DNA of 64,000 nucleotides from Candidatus Rokuibacteriota bacterium (GCA_003220225.1 QHRU01000049.1:21430-85429), one strand, 5' to 3'. Positions 29,305 to 40,895 are shown, counted from the first letter of the stretch. Translations and numbers: made by a program. The notes: generated by a model from the sequence alone, not told the origin.

Positions 29305-29747
29305 TCACGGCGTCGCCAGGTCCGCGGGTACCAGGCGTCCCGCCACCGTGAAGCGGTCGCCCCCGAGCGGCGTGAACACCACCAGGCCGCCCTCCGCGGG
29401 CATGTCCCCGGTGGCGTCGCGGATGTTGAACCCATGGGTGACGAGGACGAGGTTGCCGCCGGCCGGCGGCGTCGCGAGGCGCGCGCGCAGCTCGCGCGCG
29501 CGCGCGGCGACCCGCTCAGCGTCGCGGGGCGCGGCGTTCAGCGGCGGCCACGGCTCGGCGCGTCCGAAGGCGAGCCGCGCGGTCTCCAGGCAGCGGCACC
29601 ACTGGCTGGACAGCACGCGGCCGAGCGGAGAAGGATGACCTGGCCGCCGCTACGCAGGAGCGTCCAGAGGGCGTCGTCGGCGGCGGCGGGCGCGACGCCG
29701 GCCACGAGGGCCAGCGCCGCGCACGCGGAGACCAGCCACCCCCGCAT
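29305..29747 (-). pseudogene. histidine phosphatase (SixA/phosphoglycerate mutase-like) family gene with apparent frameshift
   Basis: N-terminal part (signal peptide ...GGQVILLR) sits in one frame (29538-29747). C-terminal part (NLVLVTHGFNIRD...GGLVVFTPLGG) sits in another (29305-29616). The frame break is around 29620-29640. Confidence 0.3.
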
Positions 29748-29748
29748 G

Positions 29749-31896
29749 CTACGCGCGCTTGAGGAGGTCCCGGTCGATCGGCAGCGTTCGGATCCGCTTG
29801 CCGGTGAGCGCGAAGAGCGCGTTGGTCACGGCCGGCGCCACGGGCGGCACACCGGGCTCACCGAGGCCGCCGGGGGCCTGGCCGGAGTCCACGATGATGG
29901 TCTCGACCTTGGGCGCCTCGGCGATGCGCATCATCGGGTAGTCGTGGAAGTTGGACTGCTGCACGCGCCCCTTGTCGAGCGTGATCTTGCCGTAGAGCGC
30001 GGCCGTGAGCGCGTAGATGGCCCCGCCCTCCATCTGGGAGCGCACCTGGTTCGGGTACACCGCGATGCCGCAGTCGATCGCACACACGATGCGGTGCACC
30101 CGCACGCCGCCGTCGGGCGCCACGGAGACCTCGGCCACGTGCGCCGCGTACGAGCCGTACGAGAACGCCACCGCGATACCGCGCGCGCGGCCGGCGGGGA
30201 GCGGCGTGCCCCAGCCCGCGCCCTTGGCGGCGGCGTCGAGCACGGCGAGGTGACGCGGCGCCTTGCCGAGCAGCGCGCGACGGTACTCGTAGGGGTCCTT
30301 GCCCGCCGCGTGGGCCAGCTCGTCGATGAAGGACTCCGTGATGAACGCGTTCTGCGACGAGCCGACCGAGCGCCAGAAGCCGATCGGCACGCCGAAGTCC
30401 TTCTCCACCCACTCCACCCGGATGTTCGGGATGTCGTAGGGATGGTTGCGCGCGCCCTCGACGGCGGCGGGATCGATGGTGCCCTTGGGCGCGCGCCCCT
30501 TCTGGATCAGGATGCCGGGCCCGACGATGCGGTGCCACCAGGCCACGGGCTGGCCGTTGGCGTCGACCGCGGCCTTGAAGACGTTGTACGTCGCCGGCCG
30601 GTAGAAGCCGTGCTGGATGTCGTCCTCGCGCGTCCAGATGACCTTCACGGGCGCGTTGACGGCCTTCGAGGTCTCGACGGCGTCGGTGACGAAGTCGGGC
30701 TCGCCGCGCCGGCCGAACCCACCGCCCAGCAGTGTCGTCACCACCTCCACCCGCTCCACCGGCACGCCGGCGAGCTTCGCGGCGAGCGCCTGATGGCCGC
30801 CCGGGTTCTGGGTCGGCACCCAGAGGGTGACGCTGTCGGGCATGACGTGCGCGGTGGCGTTCATCGGCTCCATGCACGCGTGCTCGAGAAACGGCACCTG
30901 GTAGACGGCCTCGACGACCTTGCCGCCGGCGCCCAGCGCCTGCTCGGCGTTGCCCTCGTTGCGCGCCACCTGGCCCGCCTGCCTGGACATCGCCTCGTAC
31001 TGCTTGCTGATCGCAGCACTGGTGAGCGGGGCCAGGGCGCCCTCGTCCCACGTGACCTTGAGCGCGCGGCGGCCCTGCAGCGCCGACCAGAAGTTGGTGG
31101 CGACGACGGCGACGCCGTTGCTGACCTGCACGACGTGGCGGACGCCCGCCACGGCCTTGGCGGCCGTGGCGTCGAAGGACTGCACCTTGCCGCCGAATAC
31201 CGGGCAGCGCTCGATCGAGGCGATCAGCATGCCCGGCACCTTCACGTCCATGCCGTAGACCGCCCTGCCGTCGGTCTTGACCGGGATGTCGAGGCGGGCG
31301 ATGCCTTCCTTGCCGATGTAGCGGAACTGGTCCTTCGTCTTCAACACCGGGTTCTGCGGCACCGGCAGCTGCGAGGCTTTGTCCACGAGCTGCCCGTACA
31401 TCAGTCGTCGTCCACTCGGACGATGAATGACGACACCCGGCTCCGTTTCCAGCTCGCTCTCCGGAACGTTCCACTCCTGCGCGGCGGCCTGCTTCAGCAT
31501 CTGGCGGGCGGCGGCGCCGGCCTTGCGCCACATCTCGAGGTGGTCGCGCACGCCGCGGCTGCCGCCGTAGGCCTGGTTGCCGGTGACGGGGTTCGCGTAG
31601 AGCTTGGGGTTGGCCGGCGCCTGCTCGATCCGGATCTTGCCCCAGTCGGCGTCGAGCTCGTCGGCGATGATCATCGGCGTCGCGGTCATGGCGCCCTGGC
31701 CCATCTCGGGCACCGAGTTCGTGATCGTCACGACGCCATCGCGATCGATCTTGAGCCACTGGTTGGGCGCGAAGACGCCGGGCGTCTGCTGCGCGGCGGC
31801 GTCCAGCGGGAGGCGGAAGCCGATGACGAGGCCGGCGCCGAGCGCGGCGCCGCCCTTGAGGAGCGCGCGACGGGTGATCTTCGGGTTGCGGTTCAT
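29749..31896 (-). CDS. xanthine dehydrogenase family molybdopterin-binding subunit, IorB / aldehyde oxidoreductase beta-subunit type, TAT-secreted
   Basis: Start moved to [23 protein letters not shown] (twin-arginine signal). 715 aa. Mo-hydroxylase large-subunit domains. Confidence 0.85.
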   Translation of the reverse strand: MNRNPKITRRALLKGGAALGAGLVIGFRLPLDAAAQQTPGVFAPNQWLKIDRDGVVTITNSVPEMGQGAMTATPMIIADELDADWGKIRIEQAPANPKLYANPVTGNQAYGGSRGVRDHLEMWRKAGAAARQMLKQAAAQEWNVPESELETEPGVVIHRPSGRRLMYGQLVDKASQLPVPQNPVLKTKDQFRYIGKEGIARLDIPVKTDGRAVYGMDVKVPGMLIASIERCPVFGGKVQSFDATAAKAVAGVRHVVQVSNGVAVVATNFWSALQGRRALKVTWDEGALAPLTSAAISKQYEAMSRQAGQVARNEGNAEQALGAGGKVVEAVYQVPFLEHACMEPMNATAHVMPDSVTLWVPTQNPGGHQALAAKLAGVPVERVEVVTTLLGGGFGRRGEPDFVTDAVETSKAVNAPVKVIWTREDDIQHGFYRPATYNVFKAAVDANGQPVAWWHRIVGPGILIQKGRAPKGTIDPAAVEGARNHPYDIPNIRVEWVEKDFGVPIGFWRSVGSSQNAFITESFIDELAHAAGKDPYEYRRALLGKAPRHLAVLDAAAKGAGWGTPLPAGRARGIAVAFSYGSYAAHVAEVSVAPDGGVRVHRIVCAIDCGIAVYPNQVRSQMEGGAIYALTAALYGKITLDKGRVQQSNFHDYPMMRIAEAPKVETIIVDSGQAPGGLGEPGVPPVAPAVTNALFALTGKRIRTLPIDRDLLKRA

Positions 31897-32363
31897 CGCG
31901 TGCCTGCCTTCTTCATCGCGGCCGCCTTGTGGATCGCGGCGCGGATCCGCTGGTAGGTGCCGCAGCGGCAGATGTTGCCGGCCATGGCGGCGTCGATGTC
32001 GGCGTCGGTCGGGCTCGGCTTGGCCGCGAGCAGCGCGGCCGCCGACATGATCTGGCCCGACTGGCAGTAGCCGCACTGCGGGACCTGCTCCTCGACCCAT
32101 GCCTTTTGCAGCGGGTGCTCGCCCTTCGCATCGAGCCCCTCGATCGTGGTGACGCGCCGGCCGCGCGCGGCCGAGGTGGGCGTCACGCACGCGCGCACGG
32201 GCTGGCCGTCGAGGTGCACGGTGCACGCGCCGCACTGCGCGACGCCGCACGCGTACTTGGTGCCGGTGAGGCCGGCGGCCTCCCGGATCGCCCAGAGCAG
32301 CGGCATCTCGTTCGGGACGTCGAGCTGCTGTTGCCTGCCGTTGATCGTCACCGGAATCGCCAT
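31893..32363 (-). CDS. (2Fe-2S)-binding protein, Mo-hydroxylase small subunit (IorA/CoxS-like)
   Basis: Two [2Fe-2S] cysteine clusters: [11 protein letters not shown] and [10 protein letters not shown]...CRCGTY. ATGA overlap with the IorB start. Confidence 0.85.
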   Translation of the reverse strand: MAIPVTINGRQQQLDVPNEMPLLWAIREAAGLTGTKYACGVAQCGACTVHLDGQPVRACVTPTSAARGRRVTTIEGLDAKGEHPLQKAWVEEQVPQCGYCQSGQIMSAAALLAAKPSPTDADIDAAMAGNICRCGTYQRIRAAIHKAAAMKKAGTR

Positions 32364-32374
32364 GGGCTGCTCCT

Positions 32375-33405
32375 CTACGGGGTGAGCACGATCTTGCCGA
32401 ACTGCTTGCCCTCGGCCAGGCGGGTCTGGGCGGCCGCGCCGTCCTTGAGCGGAACCACCTCGTCGATGATCGCCTTCAGGCGCCCCTGGAAGAAGAGGCG
32501 CATGACGTCGTTGAACTCCTTCCGGTTGGCCATCGTGGAGCCGATGATGTGCACCTGCTTCCAGAACACGAGCGGGATGAGCGTCTCGCCGACCGGCCCC
32601 GAGGTCGAGCCGCACGTCACGAGTCGGCCGCCGCCCTTGAGCGCGCGGATCGAGTCCTTCCACGTGGCCGCGCCGACGTTCTCGATGACGACGTCCACGC
32701 CGCGCTTGTCGGTGGCCTCGAACACCGCCTTCGTCCACTGGGGGTTCGTCTTGTAGTTGATGCCGACGTCAGCGCCGAGCGTCTTGGCGCGCTCGAGCTT
32801 CGCATCGCTGGACGAGGTCACGATCACGCGCGCGCCGCAGAGCCTGGCGATCTGCACGGCGGTGGACGACACGCCGCCCCCGACGCCGATGACGAGCACG
32901 TCCTGGCCCGGGCCGACCTTGCCCTGGGTCACCACCATGCGCCACGCCGTCATGTTGGTGAGGACGAAGGACGCGGCCTCTTCGTCCTTCACGTGGGCCG
33001 GCAGCGGCAGCACGTTGTCGGCGCGCACGGCCACGAGCTCGGCGAGGCCGCCGCGGACGTGCTCGCCGAGGATGCCGTATCTCACGCAGAGGCTGTCCTC
33101 GCCCGCCGCGCAGAACTCGCAGCGGTCGCACGTGAGGTTCGGGTTCACGACCACGCGGTCGCCGACCTTCACGCCCTGCGCCGCCGCGCCGACCTCCACG
33201 ACCTCGCCCGCGATATCGCAGCCGGTCCAGAAGGGCAGCGGCGTCTTCAGCGTGGGAATGCCCTCGCGGACGAACAGGTCGAGGTGGTTCAGCGCGCACG
33301 CCTTCACCCGGACGAGAACCTCGTGCGGCGCGATCGTGGGATCCGGAACGTCCTCGTACCTGAGCTTGTCGGGACCGCCGAACTCGTGGAAGAGGAGCGC
33401 GTTCA
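32375..33405 (-). CDS. zinc-binding alcohol dehydrogenase family protein (MDR superfamily)
   Basis: GxGxxG NAD site [10 protein letters not shown]. Catalytic and structural Zn Cys motifs (CALNHLD, CDRCEFC). Confidence 0.8.
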
Positions 33406-34442
33406 TCGAGAGCCGTTGAACTCCTGAATCACCCGGGGCAACCGGGGATCGTCGAGGGTCGGCTGCTTGTCGGGCTGGTAAAACGCCGTGCGGTCGAGGA
33501 GCCCCGCGTAGCGCTCCTTCAGCCGCGCCGCGATCGTGGCGTAGGAGCCGACGACGGCGTAGGTCTCGAGCATCTCGTCGGTGATCAGATCGGCCATGCC
33601 CTTCCAGTCGCCTTCCACCGACTTGCGGTGCAGGTGGGGCACCAGATCCTGCCAGCCGTGGGCGGCCAGCACGGGCTCGTAGGTGCGCGTGGAGGCGTAG
33701 AAGGCGATCTGCTGCTTCACCGCCTGCTTGTGCCGAGCGATCTCCTGCTCGGTGTCGCCGACGATCACGAAGCTGGAGGTCGCATAGGTGAAATCGGCGC
33801 GCGCGCGCCCCGCCTTCGCCATGCCTTCTTCGACAGCCGGCCGCACGAGCTCGCGCAGGTACTTCGGGCTGTTGAACGGGTGCACGTGCAGGCCGTCGCA
33901 CACCTCGCCCGCCACGCGGCACATGGTCGGGTTCACGCCCGCGATGTAGACGGAGATCCCGGGATGCTCGATGGGCCCCGGGTTGAAGAACGGCGTCATG
34001 AGGTCGAAGCGGAAGAACTGGCCCTTGAAGGCGAGCGTGGTCCCGTTCTGCCAGCAGTCCCAGATCGCGCGCATGGCCAGGACCACCTCGCGCATCTTCG
34101 GCGCCGGCGACTCGAACTTCACCGAGAAGCGGCGCTCGTTGTGGCCCTTCACCTGCGAGCCCAGCCCGAGGATGAAGCGCCCGCCCGAGGCCTTCGCGAG
34201 GTCCCAGGAGATCTGGGCGAGGATCATCGGGCTGCGCGGGAACGCGACGGCGATCGAGGTGCCGAGCTTGATCTTCGACGTCACGGTGGCCGCGACGGCG
34301 AGCGGCAGGAACGGATCGTGCTGGGTCTCCGCCGACCAGAGGCAGTCGTACCCGAGCGCCTCGACCTTGCGCGCGTAGTCGGGGATCGACTCGAGATCGT
34401 GGGTCAGCATGCCGACGTCGAGCTTCAGCGGGGGCCTCCCAT
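33403..34442 (-). CDS. LLM class flavin/F420-dependent oxidoreductase
   Basis: LLM TIM-barrel motifs. The start is ambiguous (ATG at 34442 or 34410) and overlaps the upstream NMO stop. Confidence 0.75.
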
Positions 34443-35537
34443 GGCGCGCAATCTTACCAGCACGGCCTCGGCCTCGCGCGCGATGCGTTCCACGACCTCC
34501 GCCGCGCCGGGCAGGTCGTGGACGAGCCCCGTCGACTGGCCGGCGTAGAGCGCCGTGTACTCGGCGTCGCGCTGCTGCGCGGCGGCCGCGAAGACGTCCA
34601 GCGCGGCGCGCTGCTGCATGAGGGTCGGAAGCACCGGGGCGCCCGACGCGGCATAGTCCTCGGTGAACCGGTTGCGCAGCGAGCGCGCCCACAGGCCGGT
34701 GTACGCCTCCGTCAGCGTCGTCCCCCCGTCGCTCTCGAGCAGGCGCTTCTTCCACACCTCGGAGGCCATCGATTCGCGGGTGGCGACGAAGCGCGTGCCG
34801 AGCAGCGCGCCCACGGCGCCGAGCGCGAGCGCGGCGACGAGCCCGCGGCCATCCGCGATACCGCCGGCGGCGACGACGGGCACACGGACGGCGTCCACCA
34901 CCTGGGGCACGAGCGTGAGCGTGGCGACGCTGGCCTCCTCGCGCGGCTTCTTCACCCACGTCGAGCGGTGCCCGCCCGCCTCGCCGCCCTGGGCCACGAC
35001 GATGTCCACGCCGTTGGCCTCGACGGCGCGCGCGTCCTCGACGGTCGCCACCATGGCCACGACCTTGATCCCGCGCTCGTGGCAGCGCCGGACCATCGCG
35101 GGCTCGGGATTGCCGAGGCCGATCGACCACACGGGCACGCGCTCCTCGAGGATCACCGCGAACTCCTCGTCGATGAGGTCGGGCATCCCGGGGGCGGGCT
35201 GGTCGGTCGTCGGAATCCCCAGTCGCTCGCGGAAGACGTTCAGCTGGGTCTGCACGGCGCGCATCGTCGCCGCCGGCACGCGCGCGGGATCGACGGGCGG
35301 GCGCAGCTCCGTGTGCAGCCACTGGTTGACGCCGAACGGGCGGTCGGTCACCGAGCGCACGTGGCGGATGCGCTTGCGCAGCTCGTCGGCGGTGACGCCG
35401 AGACCGGCCACGATGCCGAGACCGCCGGCCCGCGACACCTCTGCCGCGAGCTCGGGGCCGGCGGCGCTGCCCATGCCGGACTGCACGATGGGGTACTCGA
35501 TGCCGAGCAGGTCGCAGAGGGGAGTGCGCAGGCTCAT
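34425..35537 (-). CDS. nitronate monooxygenase / NAD(P)H-dependent flavin oxidoreductase (NMO, 2-nitropropane dioxygenase family)
   Basis: Start moved to MSLRTPLCDLLGIEYPIVQSGMG (NMO N-terminal motif). FMN-binding GGIADGRG. Confidence 0.8.
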   Translation of the reverse strand: MSLRTPLCDLLGIEYPIVQSGMGSAAGPELAAEVSRAGGLGIVAGLGVTADELRKRIRHVRSVTDRPFGVNQWLHTELRPPVDPARVPAATMRAVQTQLNVFRERLGIPTTDQPAPGMPDLIDEEFAVILEERVPVWSIGLGNPEPAMVRRCHERGIKVVAMVATVEDARAVEANGVDIVVAQGGEAGGHRSTWVKKPREEASVATLTLVPQVVDAVRVPVVAAGGIADGRGLVAALALGAVGALLGTRFVATRESMASEVWKKRLLESDGGTTLTEAYTGLWARSLRNRFTEDYAASGAPVLPTLMQQRAALDVFAAAAQQRDAEYTALYAGQSTGLVHDLPGAAEVVERIAREAEAVLVRLRAMGGPR

Positions 35538-37156
35538 CGGACGAACTCCTTCAGGGCCAGCTCGCGCAGCTTCACGCGCTGGACCTTCTCGCCGTGCGGG
35601 CTCGGGGTCCGCGGCACGTCGTCCACGAAGCGGACGCCGCGCGGGATCTTGAACGAGGCGATCTTGCCGTGACACCACGCGCGCAGCTCCTCCTCGGTGA
35701 CCCGCGCCCCGGCCTTGCGGATCACGTAGGCGACGGGGGCCTCGTTGCTCCCGGGATCCGGGATGCCGACCACGAAAGCCTGCGCGACGTCCGGATGCGC
35801 GAGCAGGAAGTCCTCGATCTCGCCGGGCGCCACCATGTGGTGACTGATCCGCAGCGTCTCCTTGAGGCGGCCGCTGAAGATGACGCGCCCTTTGTGATCC
35901 CGCCGCCCAAGATCGCCGCTCTTGAACCAGCCGTCGGCGGTGAAGGCGGCCTTCGTCTCCGCGGGCATGTCATAGTAGCCGCGCGTCACGAGCGCCCCGC
36001 GGAACTGCAGCTCGCCCTCCTCGTCGACGGCCGCGATCGCGCCGGTCTCCGGGCGCGCCACGCGCGCTTCGAGCCCGGGCGCCGGCCACACGCCGGGCAG
36101 CAGCCGGTCGGCCGCGGGCTCGTCGAGCTCGTGCAGCAGCGACATCGCGTTGACCTCGGTCATGCCGTAGGGCTGGAAGGCGAGCGGCATCAGCCGCTCG
36201 AGCACCTCCTCGAGCAGCCCGTGACGGCCGCCGCCCGTGGCCGCGACGCCGCCCGTGCGCAGCGAGGAGAGATCGCGACGGCCGACGTCGGGGTGGTCGA
36301 GCAGCGGGATCAGCATGCTGTCGACCGCGTTCCACACCGTGCAGCGCTCGCGCTCGATCAGCATGAGCGCGCGCAGCGGATCGAAGACGTCCATCAGCAC
36401 CAGGCACGCGCCGTGGCTCCACGCGGTGAGGGGAATGTTGACGCCACCCCACGTCCCGGCGGCGGGCAGCGCGTGGAGAATGCGATCCGCGGGCGTGAGC
36501 CGCAGCGTCTCGCCGCAGTTCCAGCCATGGGGCACGCAGTTCGCGTGCGTGATCATCGCGCCCTTGGGAAACGACGTCGTCCCCGACGTGTAGAGGATCG
36601 TGAAGGTATCGTCGGGCGCGACGGCCGCGGGCGCGAGCGTGCCGGCGGCCATCAGATCGCTCACGCGATGGCAGCCGGGGTAGACGGCCTCCGAGTCGAC
36701 GATCACGTGGCGCAGTCGCGGGAAGCGCGCGCTCGCGAGCTCGCCGGGCACGGCGTCGGCCAGCTCGGGCAGCAGCGCCTCGAGCGTGTCGAGGTAGTCC
36801 ACCGGGCCGAGCCGGTCGGTGGCCAGCAGCGCGACGGCGTGCGACTGGCCGAGGATGTAGGCCAGCTCGTGGGCGCGGTAGCGCGGGTTCAGGGCCACCA
36901 CGACCACGCCGAGGCTCGCCGCCGCGTACTGCGCGACGAACCACAGCGGGCGGTTCGGCAGCCAGATCGCCAGCGCGTCGCCCCGGCCCAGGCCGAGGGC
37001 GGCGAGGCCGGCCGCGAAGACGCGCGCGCGGTCGCGGACGGCGGCGAAGGTGAGCCGCGCGTCGTCGAACACGATGGCCTCGCGCGGGCCGTGGCGCGCG
37101 GCGATCGTCTCCAGCAGCGACCACGCCGTCGCCCGCGCGAAGGGGTTGGCCGCCAC
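35534..37156 (-). CDS. AMP-dependent synthetase/ligase (acyl-CoA synthetase family)
   Basis: AMP-binding motif YTSGTTSFPKGAM. GTG start chosen at VAANPFARATAW. Stop abuts the NMO start. Confidence 0.8.
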   Translation of the reverse strand: MAANPFARATAWSLLETIAARHGPREAIVFDDARLTFAAVRDRARVFAAGLAALGLGRGDALAIWLPNRPLWFVAQYAAASLGVVVVALNPRYRAHELAYILGQSHAVALLATDRLGPVDYLDTLEALLPELADAVPGELASARFPRLRHVIVDSEAVYPGCHRVSDLMAAGTLAPAAVAPDDTFTILYTSGTTSFPKGAMITHANCVPHGWNCGETLRLTPADRILHALPAAGTWGGVNIPLTAWSHGACLVLMDVFDPLRALMLIERERCTVWNAVDSMLIPLLDHPDVGRRDLSSLRTGGVAATGGGRHGLLEEVLERLMPLAFQPYGMTEVNAMSLLHELDEPAADRLLPGVWPAPGLEARVARPETGAIAAVDEEGELQFRGALVTRGYYDMPAETKAAFTADGWFKSGDLGRRDHKGRVIFSGRLKETLRISHHMVAPGEIEDFLLAHPDVAQAFVVGIPDPGSNEAPVAYVIRKAGARVTEEELRAWCHGKIASFKIPRGVRFVDDVPRTPSPHGEKVQRVKLRELALKEFVR

Positions 37157-37157
37157 G

Positions 37158-38020
37158 TCAGTCGAGGTGGTAGAGGACCGACGCGTTCTTCCACGCCACC
37201 CGCTCGGCGACGTCGGGGGGCAGCTCACCGAGCACGCGGCGCGTCCACGTCATGAGGCGGTCGAGCATGGCCGGCTCGAACAGCCGCGCCGCCAACGCGT
37301 CGACGCCCATGAGGAAGCGGTCGGGCATCTTCGCGATCAACGCCTTCCACGCCGGATGCAGCGGACCCTTCTCCTTGGCGAGCGACGGCGTGCGCTGAAA
37401 GTGCATGCCCGAGAGGTCGACCCTGAGGTTGGCGTTGCGCCCGAGCAGGCGCTCGAGATCGCGGGGCTTCGCCTCGCCGGCGTGAGCGAGGACGATGACC
37501 GCCTCGCGGTGGGCGGCCAGCGCCGCCTCGAGCGAGGCCGCGGCGGCGGGCGTCAGCTCGTCGTGGATCACGATCGGCACGCCGCGCTGCGCGGACAGCT
37601 CGAGGATCTTCATGAACGCCGGCGCGGAGGGATCGCGCTCGATCTTGCGGCTCGCCTGGCGGATGTGAACCTCGCCCATCACGCGGGCCTTGGTGCGCGC
37701 CAGCTCCACGTCCAGCTGGCCCGCCGCGGCCATGTTGGTCGGATCGGGCACGCGCACGCCGGCCGACACGAGGTCCGGATACTTCTTGACGGCGGCCTCG
37801 ATCCACTCCACCTCGTCCGGCTGCACGCCGCCCACACCGAGGAGCACGACCTTGCGGACGTTGTGGCGCTTCATGGCCGCGACGTAGGCATCGATGGCCG
37901 TGGCGTTCGGCAGATGGGAATGCGCGTCGATGAGCGGACCCGTGTAGTCCGCGGCGGCGGCCGGTCCGACGACGGCGAGCGCGGCGAGCAGCGTCAGCGC
38001 GAGAGCGCCCGCGCCTCTCA
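37158..38020 (-). CDS. amidohydrolase family (TIM-barrel metal-dependent hydrolase), secreted
   Basis: Start moved to MRGAGALALTLLAALAVVGPAAAA (signal peptide). Metal-binding DAHSHLP motif. ATGA overlap with the upstream CoA-transferase stop. Confidence 0.65.
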
Positions 38021-39202
38021 TACGATCCCGTCGCGCTTCAAGCTCTCCAGCTCGGCCTCGCTCACGCCGAGCGCGCCGTAGACCTCGCGGTTGTGGGCGC
38101 CCAGCTCGGGCCCCGCCCAGCGCACGGTCGCCGGGGTGGCGTCGAGCCGCGGCGTCGGCGCCGTCATCCGCACGGCGCCGAGGGCGGGATCGGGCACGTC
38201 GATCAGGATCCCGCGCGCGACGACGTGCGGGTCCTTGGTGATGTCGGCGATGTCGTAGACGGGGCACGCGGTGAGGTCGCTCGACTCGAAGAGCCCGCGC
38301 ATCTCGTCGAGCGTGCGCTGGCCGATGGCGCGGGCGATCGTGGCGTCCACCAGCTCGTTGAACTCGACGCGCGCGTCGTTGGTGGCGAAGCGCGGGTCTC
38401 TCAGGAGGTCGGCGAGGCCGAGCGCGCCGAACACCGCGGTCGCCGAGGCCGGCGTGGACGCCGAGAGCGCGATCCACTTGTCGTCCAGGGTGCGATAGGT
38501 GCCGCGCGGGCTCGCGTTGTCGGAGGTGTTCCCGTGACGCTGGCGCACGACGCCCCCCAGCGCGTAGCCGGCGGCGTCGGGGCCGAGGACGGAGAGCAGC
38601 GGCTCGTAGAGCGAGATGTCGACGACCTGGCCGCGTCCCGAGACCTGGTCACGATACCGGAGGGCGGCCAGCACGGCGCTCGCCCCGGCGAGCGCCGCGA
38701 CCATGTCGGCCATCGGGAAGGACGGCAGCGTCGGCGGCCCTTCGGCCTCGCCCGTCGTGTGGGCGAAGCCGCTCATCGCCTCGACCATCGTGCCGAAGCC
38801 GGGGCGGTCGCGGTACGGGCCATCCTGCCCCCAGCCCGACACGCGCGCGAACACGAGCTTCGGGTTCGCCGCGGAGAGCGCATCCCAGCCGAGCCCCCAG
38901 CGCTCGAAGGTGCCGGGCACGAAGTTCTCGAGGAGGACGTCGGCGTCGCTCACGAGCCGCTTGAGCAGCGCCTGGCCGCGCGGCTGGGTGAGGTTGAGCG
39001 TGATCGAGCGCTTGCCGCGCGCGTACACCTTCCACCACAGCTCGCCGCGATCGCGCAGCCACGTGCGCAGCGGATCGCCGCCGCGCGGGTTCTCGACCTT
39101 GATGACGTCGGCGCCGTGATCGGCCAGCACGGTGGCGAGCACGCCGCCGGCGATCAGCCGGGAGCAATCGATCACGCGGAGTCCCGCCAGCGCGCCGCTC
39201 AT
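38018..39202 (-). CDS. CoA transferase, family III (CaiB/BaiF)
   Basis: N-terminal GLRVIDCSRLIAGG motif and catalytic Asp region. 394 aa. Confidence 0.85.
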   Translation of the reverse strand: MSGALAGLRVIDCSRLIAGGVLATVLADHGADVIKVENPRGGDPLRTWLRDRGELWWKVYARGKRSITLNLTQPRGQALLKRLVSDADVLLENFVPGTFERWGLGWDALSAANPKLVFARVSGWGQDGPYRDRPGFGTMVEAMSGFAHTTGEAEGPPTLPSFPMADMVAALAGASAVLAALRYRDQVSGRGQVVDISLYEPLLSVLGPDAAGYALGGVVRQRHGNTSDNASPRGTYRTLDDKWIALSASTPASATAVFGALGLADLLRDPRFATNDARVEFNELVDATIARAIGQRTLDEMRGLFESSDLTACPVYDIADITKDPHVVARGILIDVPDPALGAVRMTAPTPRLDATPATVRWAGPELGAHNREVYGALGVSEAELESLKRDGIV

Positions 39203-39236
39203 GGTCGATCGTTATGATACTCCCGCGCGCGAGGGA

Positions 39237-39923
39237 TCAGACGCCGCCGACGCGTGCCGCGAGGTCGAGCACCTCGCGCGGGTCGACGTCCGACACGAGC
39301 GCGTAGCCGAGGCCGTGGGCGCGCCACATCACGACGGTGAAGCCGCGCGCGCTGTCACGGTAGACGTCGTGGGCGCCCGCGCGCTGCCAGCCCGTGCTGG
39401 GCCACGGCAGGCCGTCGGGACGGAAGACGAAGAGCGTGACGGTGTGCAGGCGCAGGCCGTAGACGAAGGCCGCCGCCCTGCGGTCGAGGAACCACGCGAG
39501 CGCGCCGCCGCGCAGCGGCACCTCGCGGTCGCCGACGAACGGCAGCACGGGGGAGAAATCGAGGCGTCCCTCGAACCACGGCCGCACGCGATGGCCGTCG
39601 CCGCTCTCGATCTCCAGCGGGCGCTGCGCCTGCGCGATGCGCAGGTGATCGGCGATCGCCTCGTTGACCATGGTGGCCGTGGCCACGCGCGTGGCGGCCG
39701 TGCGCTGGTAGAAGACGACCGGGGCGGTCACGAGCAGCACGAGCGCGGCGGCGAGCGCGGGAGCCCAGGCGCGCCGCCAGAGCAGCCGGCGCGGTGCGGG
39801 CGCCATGGCCAGCACGCGCTCGACGCGTCCGACCAGGCGCGCCGGCGCCGGGCGGTGGGGCAAGCGATGGAGCGCTTCGGTCAGCTCGGCGTCGACCGCG
39901 TGGTCATGGTCCATGGGGTTCAT
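39237..39923 (-). CDS. anti-sigma factor (membrane-spanning, RskA/ChrR-like)
   Basis: Start moved to MNPMDHDH. Single TM. Stop/start overlap with the upstream ECF sigma gene. Confidence 0.6.
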   Translation of the reverse strand: MNPMDHDHAVDAELTEALHRLPHRPAPARLVGRVERVLAMAPAPRRLLWRRAWAPALAAALVLLVTAPVVFYQRTAATRVATATMVNEAIADHLRIAQAQRPLEIESGDGHRVRPWFEGRLDFSPVLPFVGDREVPLRGGALAWFLDRRAAAFVYGLRLHTVTLFVFRPDGLPWPSTGWQRAGAHDVYRDSARGFTVVMWRAHGLGYALVSDVDPREVLDLAARVGGV

Positions 39924-40429
39924 CGCGCGTAGTCCCGCAGCCGGCGCCGCAGCGCCGCGCGCGCCCGGGCGAGCCGCGACTTCACCGTCCCGACGGGACA
40001 CTCGAGCACCGCCGCCATCTCCACCTCGCTCAAGTCTTCCAGATCGAGCAGCACCACCGTGCGCGCCTCCTCCGAGAGGCTCATCAGCGCGGCCTCGATC
40101 TCCTCGGCCACGACCTTGCGCAGCCGGTCCAGCTCGAGGTCGTCGCGCAGCCACTCCTCGCTCGCCGCCGCGTCCGCGACGTCGACTCCGCTCACCTCGG
40201 GGCTGGCGCGCCGCCGGCGGTAGAGGCTGATGAAGGTGTTCCGGAGGATACGGAACAGCCACGCCTTGAGGTTGGTCCCGGGCGTGAAGCCCGCGGCGCC
40301 GGCCACGGCGCGGGCGTAGGTCTCCTGCACGAGATCCTCGGCGTCCGTCTCGCGGCCCGTGAGGTAACGCGCCAGCTTGTAGAGCGCGTCCACGTGGCCG
40401 AGCGCCTCGCGCGCCAGCGCCTCATGCAT
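39920..40429 (-). CDS. ECF subfamily RNA polymerase sigma-70 factor
   Basis: Sigma-70 region 2 (YKLARYLTG...DLVQETY) and region 4 ([20 protein letters not shown]). Confidence 0.85.
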   Translation of the reverse strand: MHEALAREALGHVDALYKLARYLTGRETDAEDLVQETYARAVAGAAGFTPGTNLKAWLFRILRNTFISLYRRRRASPEVSGVDVADAAASEEWLRDDLELDRLRKVVAEEIEAALMSLSEEARTVVLLDLEDLSEVEMAAVLECPVGTVKSRLARARAALRRRLRDYAR

Positions 40430-40557
40430 GCCGAAACCATAGCACCGTTGACACCTTCGTCACCCTCCGCAACGCGCGAGCGCCCGAATCGTTCCCATCG
40501 CGCCATCTGGGAACGACGCGTGTATCGGCGCGTTGGCGCATGTGAAGGAGGCTGACG

Positions 40558-40875
40558 ATGACCCGCGGATTCCTGACCATGACCCTTGTGGCGGCGGTTG
40601 CGCTCGCCGCCGTCGCCGATGCGGCGACACCACCGAGCGTGCAGATCAAGGAGTTCAAGTTCGTGCCGGCGCTGCTGACCGTGCCCGTGGGCGCCACCGT
40701 GACGTGGATCAACGGCGACGAGGAGCCGCACACGGTGACGGCGACCGATCGCGCGTACACGTCCAGCGGGCTGGACCGCAAGGAAACGTACGCGCATCGC
40801 TTCACCACGCCCGGGACGTACACGTACTTCTGCGCCCTGCATCCACACATGACCGCAACCGTCGTCGTGAAGTGA
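40558..40875 (+). CDS. cupredoxin-domain copper-binding protein (plastocyanin/amicyanin-like)
   Basis: Signal peptide. Type-1 Cu ligands H...C.LH.HM (YFCALHPHM). Confidence 0.75.
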   Translation: MTRGFLTMTLVAAVALAAVADAATPPSVQIKEFKFVPALLTVPVGATVTWINGDEEPHTVTATDRAYTSSGLDRKETYAHRFTTPGTYTYFCALHPHMTATVVVK

Positions 40876-40895
40876 CGACGTCGCAGGAGGATTCC

